This document shows positions 58,502 to 64,000 of a stretch of DNA of 64,000 nucleotides, piece by piece. The notes beneath the pieces were generated by a model that saw only the letters and a program-made list of their open reading frames with translations, was not told where the DNA came from and ran no database searches. Source of the DNA: Auanema rhodensis (taxonomy: Eukaryota > Animalia > Nematoda). A program made the position numbers and the translations under genes. The stretch covers positions 5,580,001-5,644,000 of the forward strand of contig OZ059894.1 in NCBI GenBank assembly GCA_964057225.1. The letters run 5' to 3'. Positions within the stretch are counted from its first letter, which is position 1; each line of letters begins with the position of its first letter.

Positions 58502-59931
58502 GTAATAATTTGATATTTAAATGTATTTGTATTCTTGAAATTTACAGAGTTTGGCATTGTGTGCCGCTGTCTGTTTCTTTGGCTTCATCCAACGACGAAT
58601 GACCGGATCATCAGTCTGCTGGACCGAGGAACTACTCTCTTCTCATACTCCTGATTTCTGGTAATAATTTGAAATTGAAATGTATTTGTAGTTTTGAAAT
58701 TTACAGAGTTTGGCATTGTGTGCCGCTGTCTGTTTCTTTGGCTCCATTCAACGACGAATGACCCGGATCATCAGTCTGCTGGACCAAGGAACTACTCTCT
58801 TCTCATACTCCTGATTTCTGGTAATAATTTGAAATTATAATGTATTTGTATTCTTGAAATTTACAGAGTTTGGCATTGTGTGCCGCTGTCTGTTTCTTTG
58901 GCTTCATCCAACGACGAATGACCGGATCATCAGTCTGCTGGACCGAGGAACTACTCTCTTCTCATACTCCTGATTTCTGGTAATAATTTGAAATTGAAAT
59001 GTATTTGTAGTTTTGAAATTTACAGAGTTTGGCATTGTGTGCCGCTGTCTGTTTCTTTGGCTCCATTCAACGACGAATGACCCGGATCATCAGTCTGCTG
59101 GACCAAGGAACTACTCTCTTCTCATACTCCTGATTTCTGGTAATAATTTGAAATTGAAATGTATTTGTATTCTTGAAATTTACAGAGTTTGGCATTGTGT
59201 GCCGCTGTCTGTTTCTTTGGCTTCATCCAACGACGAATGACCCGGATCATCAGTCTGCTGGACCGAGGAACTACTCTCTTCTCATACTCCTGATTTCTGG
59301 TAATAATTTGAAATTGAAATGTATTTGTATTCTTGAAATTTACAGAGTTTGGCATTGTGTGCCGCTGTCTGTTTCTTTGGCTTCATCCAACGACGAATGA
59401 CCCGGATCATCAGTCTGCTGGACCGAGGAACTACTCTCTTCTCATACTCCTGATTTCTGGTAATAATTTGAAATTGAAATGTATTTGTATTCTTGAAATT
59501 TACAGAGTTTGGCATTGTGTGCCGCTGTCTGTTTCTTTGGCTTCATCCAACGACGAATGACCCGGATCATCAGTCTGCTGGACCGAGGAACTACTCTCTT
59601 CTCATACTCCTGATTTCTGGTAATAATTTGAAATTGGAATGTATTTGTATTCTTGAAATTTACAGAGTTTGGCATTGTGTACCGCTGTCTGCTTCTTTGG
59701 CTCCTTTCAACGACGAATGACCCGGATCATCAGTCTGCTGGACCGAGGAACTACTCTCTTCTCATACTCCTGATTTCTGGTAATAATTTGAAATTGAAAT
59801 GTATTTGTATTCTTGAAATTTACAGAGTTTGGCATTGTGTACCGCTGTCTGCTTCTTTGGCTCCTTACAACGACGAATGTCCAGGATCATCAGTCTGCTG
59901 GACCAAGGAACTACTCTCTCTTCTATTTTAA
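58502..59931 (+). repeat. Tandem array of nine 160-bp units (right arm)
   Basis: Reverse complement of the left array; two units (near 58601 and 58921) have a 1-bp deletion (GACCGG vs GACCCGG). Confidence 0.95.
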
Positions 59932-59934
59932 TTG

Positions 59935-61853
59935 GCTGATCGTTTTGTCTGTCTGCTCGTCTTCAGCATTTCGGTTTTTTTTGAATCTTTGATTCTTCCT
60001 AGGCTCGTCGAACCATGTTCCTCCTAAACAACGTACGACGGACCTCGAGTTGTTGGCTCTTCCGCGACTTTTCGGTTCTTCGTTCGGCTCGTCTTCAGCA
60101 GTTCGGTTCTCCCGTGGATCCTCCTGAACTCTCCTTCTATTCATCGGTTCTTCTTCAGCACTTCAGTTTTTCTTCAAATCTTCAACTCTTCCTAGGCTTT
60201 TCTCAAGTATTGACCTTCTGGATAACGGACGACGGACCTCGACTTTTTGGTTTTTCCGGGACTCTTCTGTTCTCTTCCTTGACTCATCGGTTTTTCTTTC
60301 ACCCTTGGATTCTTCTCTTCTAAACCGTTGATATTCTGGACCACGGACCTCGAGTTGTTGGCTCTTCCGCGACTTTTCGGTTCTTCCTCGGCTCGTCTTC
60401 AGCAGTTCGGTTCTCCCGTGGCTCCTTCTATTCGTCGGTTCTTCTTCAGCACTTCAGTTTTTCTTCAAATCTTCAACTCTTCCTAGGCTCTTCTGAACAA
60501 CGTACGACATACCTCGACTTTTTGGTTTTTTCGGCACTTTTCTGTTTTTAAGCGGCTGATCGTTGTTTCTTCTGCCCGTTTTCGAATCCTCGGTTCTTCC
60601 TCGGCTCGTATTCAGCAGTTCGGTTCTCCCGTGGCTCCTCCTGAACTCTCCTTCTATTCGTCGGTTCTTCTTCAGCACTTCAGTTTTTCTTCAAATCTTC
60701 AACTCTTCCTAGGCTTTTCTCAAGTATTGACCTTCTGGATAACGGACGACGGACCTCGACTTTTTGGTTTTTCCGGGACTCTTCTGTTCTCTTCCTTGAC
60801 TCATCGGTTTTTCTTTCACCCTTGGATTCTTTTCTTCTAAACCGTTGATATTCTGGACCACGGACCTCGAGTTGTTGGCTCTTCCGCGACTTTTCGGTTC
60901 TTCCTCGGCTCGTCTTCAGCAGTTCGGTTCTCCCGTGGATCCTCCTGAACTCTCCTTCTATTCGTCGGTTCTTCTTCAGCACTTCAGTTTTTCTTCAAAT
61001 CTTCAACTCTTCCTAGGCTTTTCTCAAGTATTGACCTTCTGGATAACGTACGACGGACCTCGAGTTGTTGGCTCTTCCGCGACTTTTCGGTTCTTCCTCG
61101 GCTCGTCTTCAGCAGTTCGGTTCTCCCGTGGATCCTCCTGAACTCTCCTTCTATTCGTCGGTTCTTCTTCAGCACTTCGGTTTTTCTTCAAATCTTCGAT
61201 TCTTCCTAGGATCTTCTGAACTACGTACGACGGACCTCGACTTTTTGGTTTTTCCGGGACTCTTCTGTTCTCTTCCTTGACTCATCGGTTTTTCTTTCAC
61301 CCTTGGATTCTTCTCTTCTAAACCGTTGATATTCTGGACCACGGACCTCGAGTTGTTGGCTCTTCCGCGACTTTTCGGTTCTTCCTCGGCTCGTCTTCAG
61401 CAGTTCGGTTCTCCCGTGGCTCCTTCTATTCGTCGGTTCTTCTTCAGCACTTCAGTTTTTCTTCAAATCTTCAACTCTTCCTAGGCTCTTCTGAACAACG
61501 TACGACATACCTCGACTTTTTGGTTTTTTCGGCACTTTTCTGTTTTTAAGCGGCTGATCGTTGTTTCTTCTGCTCGTTTTCGAATTTTAGGTTTTTTCTC
61601 GGCTCGTCTTCAGCAGTGCGGTCAAATCTTCAACTCTTCCTAGGCTTTTTTCAAGTATTGACCTTCTGGATAACGGACGACGGATCTCGACTTTTTGGTT
61701 TTTCCGGGACTCTTCTGTTCTCTTCCTTGACTCATCGGTTTTTCTTTCACCCTTGGATTCTTTTCTTCTAAACCGTTGATATTCTGGACCACGGACCTCG
61801 AGTTTTCGGCTCTTCCGCGACTTTTCGATTCTTCATCGGCTCTTCGGCTTCTT
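59935..61853 (-). repeat. Complex GAAGA-rich minisatellite, right arm (expanded, ~1.9 kb)
   Basis: Same modules as the left minisatellite in reverse orientation (TCGGTTCTTC, ACGGACCTCG), in shuffled higher-order blocks. Confidence 0.88.
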
Positions 61854-61873
61854 ACTGGTCGCCATCCTCAAAT

Positions 61874-62060
61874 TCTAGTTGATAAGCCTAAGCCTCGAAC
61901 TGTACTAGATATCTTTTGATATCTCAGATTTACTCTCATTAACACGCAATACAAGGGGATCGCATGTTTTCACTAGGGTTTTTTCATATAAACATTCCCG
62001 AACTAATATGTGTTTGAAGTTTTTAATACTTTAAAAGTTAAAAAAATCATTTATACCTAG
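61874..62060 (+). repeat. Degenerate direct repeat, right copy (partner 53072-53290)
   Basis: See left copy. Confidence 0.65.
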
Positions 62061-62522
62061 GGAAATTAAAAAATTTACAAAATCGCAAAAGAGTATGAAG
62101 GTAACATAAAATATACATGAAATATGAAATGATCTATTGACGAATCCAAACATTTTCAAAAGGTAAACCAAATAATTCTCAGATACTTATCATATTTGAA
62201 CTGTTGTAATATACAAAAAATGATATGAGATGAGAAAGATTGAACTAAGGTTTTAATATACAAAATATTATGCTCTTTAGTTTATTAAAAATGTACTGAA
62301 TGGAAATAGGGAAACAATTTTTCTAAAAATATGGATATTCGACAAAATGCGTAAGTTTTGTTATTTGAGATGTAATGATAATTATATACATAATATGAAA
62401 TACATCAACGATATGACTATTAGACATCTGAGGCATTAAGCAAAATTTATGTGGGTTCACCTTGTCCGCAATCAAATTCAAAAAAAGTTTATAAAAGCAT
62501 CTGAAACTGCAGAATATGATTC

Positions 62523-64000
62523 TTACAGAGCAGTTATGCTAAGATCTCTTTTTCCTAGCTGTGCCGCTGGTTTCATTATCGTGTGCAAACGAAACCCTGG
62601 TGTTCCTGCATCAAGTTCGGCTTGCCAACGTGTTCGAGAACGTGTCAGATCATTAGCGCTTACAGCGTCGTCACCCCATCCGCTATCACCATCGTCATCA
62701 GCTAGTGTCATAGCATTTCCTGGATCAAAACAACCCGGACTCCAATCCAGATTCGGTAATTGACGTTGAGATAATGGTTGCCATACGGGGGATATTCGTT
62801 CATTCTCTACAAAATTTTTGCCGTACAATAGCAGTGAAAAATGAAATCACTAGTCACCTGTCTCACCTAAATCTACAGTGGTTTTTTCATTTTCTGATAC
62901 TATAGCTGTGACGGCTTGGTAAGCTCCTTGATAATCACGACGTTTTACAAAACAGCAACAATATTCTTGGCGTATTAATCTCAGCAAATGAGCTCCATGA
63001 TGCCTGAAAGAACGATTGGTAGAAACACTGCTGGAGATTTAATTCAATAATGATCTTACTGAAAACATTCTCTATAATCCTTATTAAAAATCATATATAT
63101 GACGCAGTTAACAGATGAATTAAAAATAACTAAGAAGTTACTGGCGTCTGAGAGCAAATTAACCACTAATGGATCTGGGATAGAAAATGTTTCAATCATA
63201 TTAACAACCAGAGCCTTAAAATAAATTTTGATTGCTTTCAATATTGTAAGAGCACAAACGAACCAAAGTATTGCAAGCCAGAAAGAGAATCACAACCATG
63301 ATCATCGTAATAGTATCGTCTCCTGCACCATCATCTGCTTTTGCTGGTAATGATGCATCATGAGCTGAATTGCTAAAAAGAAAAAAAGTCACATATATGT
63401 GACTATCACCATGTAGAAACCATAGTATTTTTTGAAAAAAAATGAAATCGAACCTATCTTTGCTTTTTTTTCTTTCTAAACTCTGTCGACACAGAATTAT
63501 GGCATTCAAACATAAAAGAAATAAAAATGGTAACAAGGTCATCAGTACCATGTACATATATATATTATAAATAACATTAATCGTGAAGAATAAAGAAGTT
63601 GGGCAAATTTCTATTATATGCTCCTAAATTCAAAATAGCAGCTTTTTAATAATTTATTCTATATTACCTGACTAGCTTCATGGAAGCATTTCCGCAAATT
63701 GAACTGGGGAAACCGAAGGGAGTTATACATGATTGACACAATAATAACTGTGAAGCAAATTTTTTTTGCTTGTTGAACAGTACAATAACTTTTTGACAAT
63801 GATTTCCAACAAACCTAAATAAATGAAATGAAAACTTTTCTTTTGAAATAAGAAAATATTTTTTGTTTTCATTAACGTTATTAATTTACATTGATATAAC
63901 AGTCAAATGCTGCAGCAACTGTGAAATAGATACTACACGATTGAGCCATATATCCAAATGGAAGTGTGTATACAGTTGTGTATGGAGCTCTTGCCAGCTC
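62523..64000 (-). CDS. FMRFamide-peptide receptor (FRPR-family) class A GPCR, 3' portion (TM3 to C-terminus)
   Basis: TM5 YMVLMTLLPFLFLLCLNAII, TM6 DTITMIMVVILFLACNTL, TM7 LSDASNFLVIFNSSVNCVIYMIFNKDYR; the tail ends ...DLSITAL* (PDZ-type motif). The gene continues past the window end. Confidence 0.85.

Larger units (their letters stand above)
53447..61853. mobile_element. ~8.4-kb palindromic, foldback-like element; no transposase visible
   Basis: The left arm (to 57163) is the reverse complement of the right arm (from 57373). Mirror ORFs 56206-56520 and 58016-58330 are identical, and their coordinates sum to 114536. Arms contain tandem arrays. The inverted structure is certain; mobile status is inferred. 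Confidence 0.6.

Noticed and set aside
54443-59931. CRISPR array
   Set aside because: Eukaryotic context, whole 160-bp units repeat with no unique spacers, and no cas genes.
54443-59931. Repeated 75-92 aa unspliced ORFs in the ORF track as genes
   Set aside because: They arise from the 160-bp period and read through the intron-like block; the 75-aa set starts at TTG.
61883-61895. TAAGCCTAAGCCT as a telomeric (TTAGGC) seed at the element end
   Set aside because: Only two copies, inside the degenerate direct repeat whose left partner lacks them; chance cannot be excluded.
62040-62062. Helitron 3' end (CTAG)
   Set aside because: No GC-rich subterminal hairpin, and the next base is not T.

Overview
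AT-rich nuclear DNA from a rhabditid (clade V) nematode. It is eukaryotic, with many very short (~40-47 nt) introns, so the ORF track shows only exon fragments and the gene models below were spliced by hand. Gene order: 3' end of par-1 (KA1 domain), a PGAP2/Frag1-like membrane protein, a small orphan secreted protein, MED24/lin-25, glycogen phosphorylase pygl-1, ciliary fam-161 (with an upstream X-box), EMAP-like elp-1, kynurenine 3-monooxygenase kmo-1, a furin-processed Cys/Gly-rich peptide precursor, a possible orphan gene, an allatotropin-like neuropeptide precursor, a cuticle collagen, a PBO-5-like Cys-loop channel, an F-box gene, an Ala/Pro-repeat secreted protein, crp-1 GTPase, and the 3' part of an FRPR-type GPCR. 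The most unusual object is an ~8.4 kb palindrome (about 53.45-61.85 kb) with a 209-bp centre. Read outward, each arm has a consensus TATA+Inr promoter, several exon-like pieces, an array of 160-bp units and a GAAGA-rich minisatellite. Each 160-bp unit parses as a 114-nt exon plus a 46-nt GT-AG intron; spliced, the units encode a 38-aa repeat whose hydrophobic helix spans the splice junction. The element is flanked by a degenerate ~200-bp direct repeat. Gene names come from recalled family motifs, not database searches.
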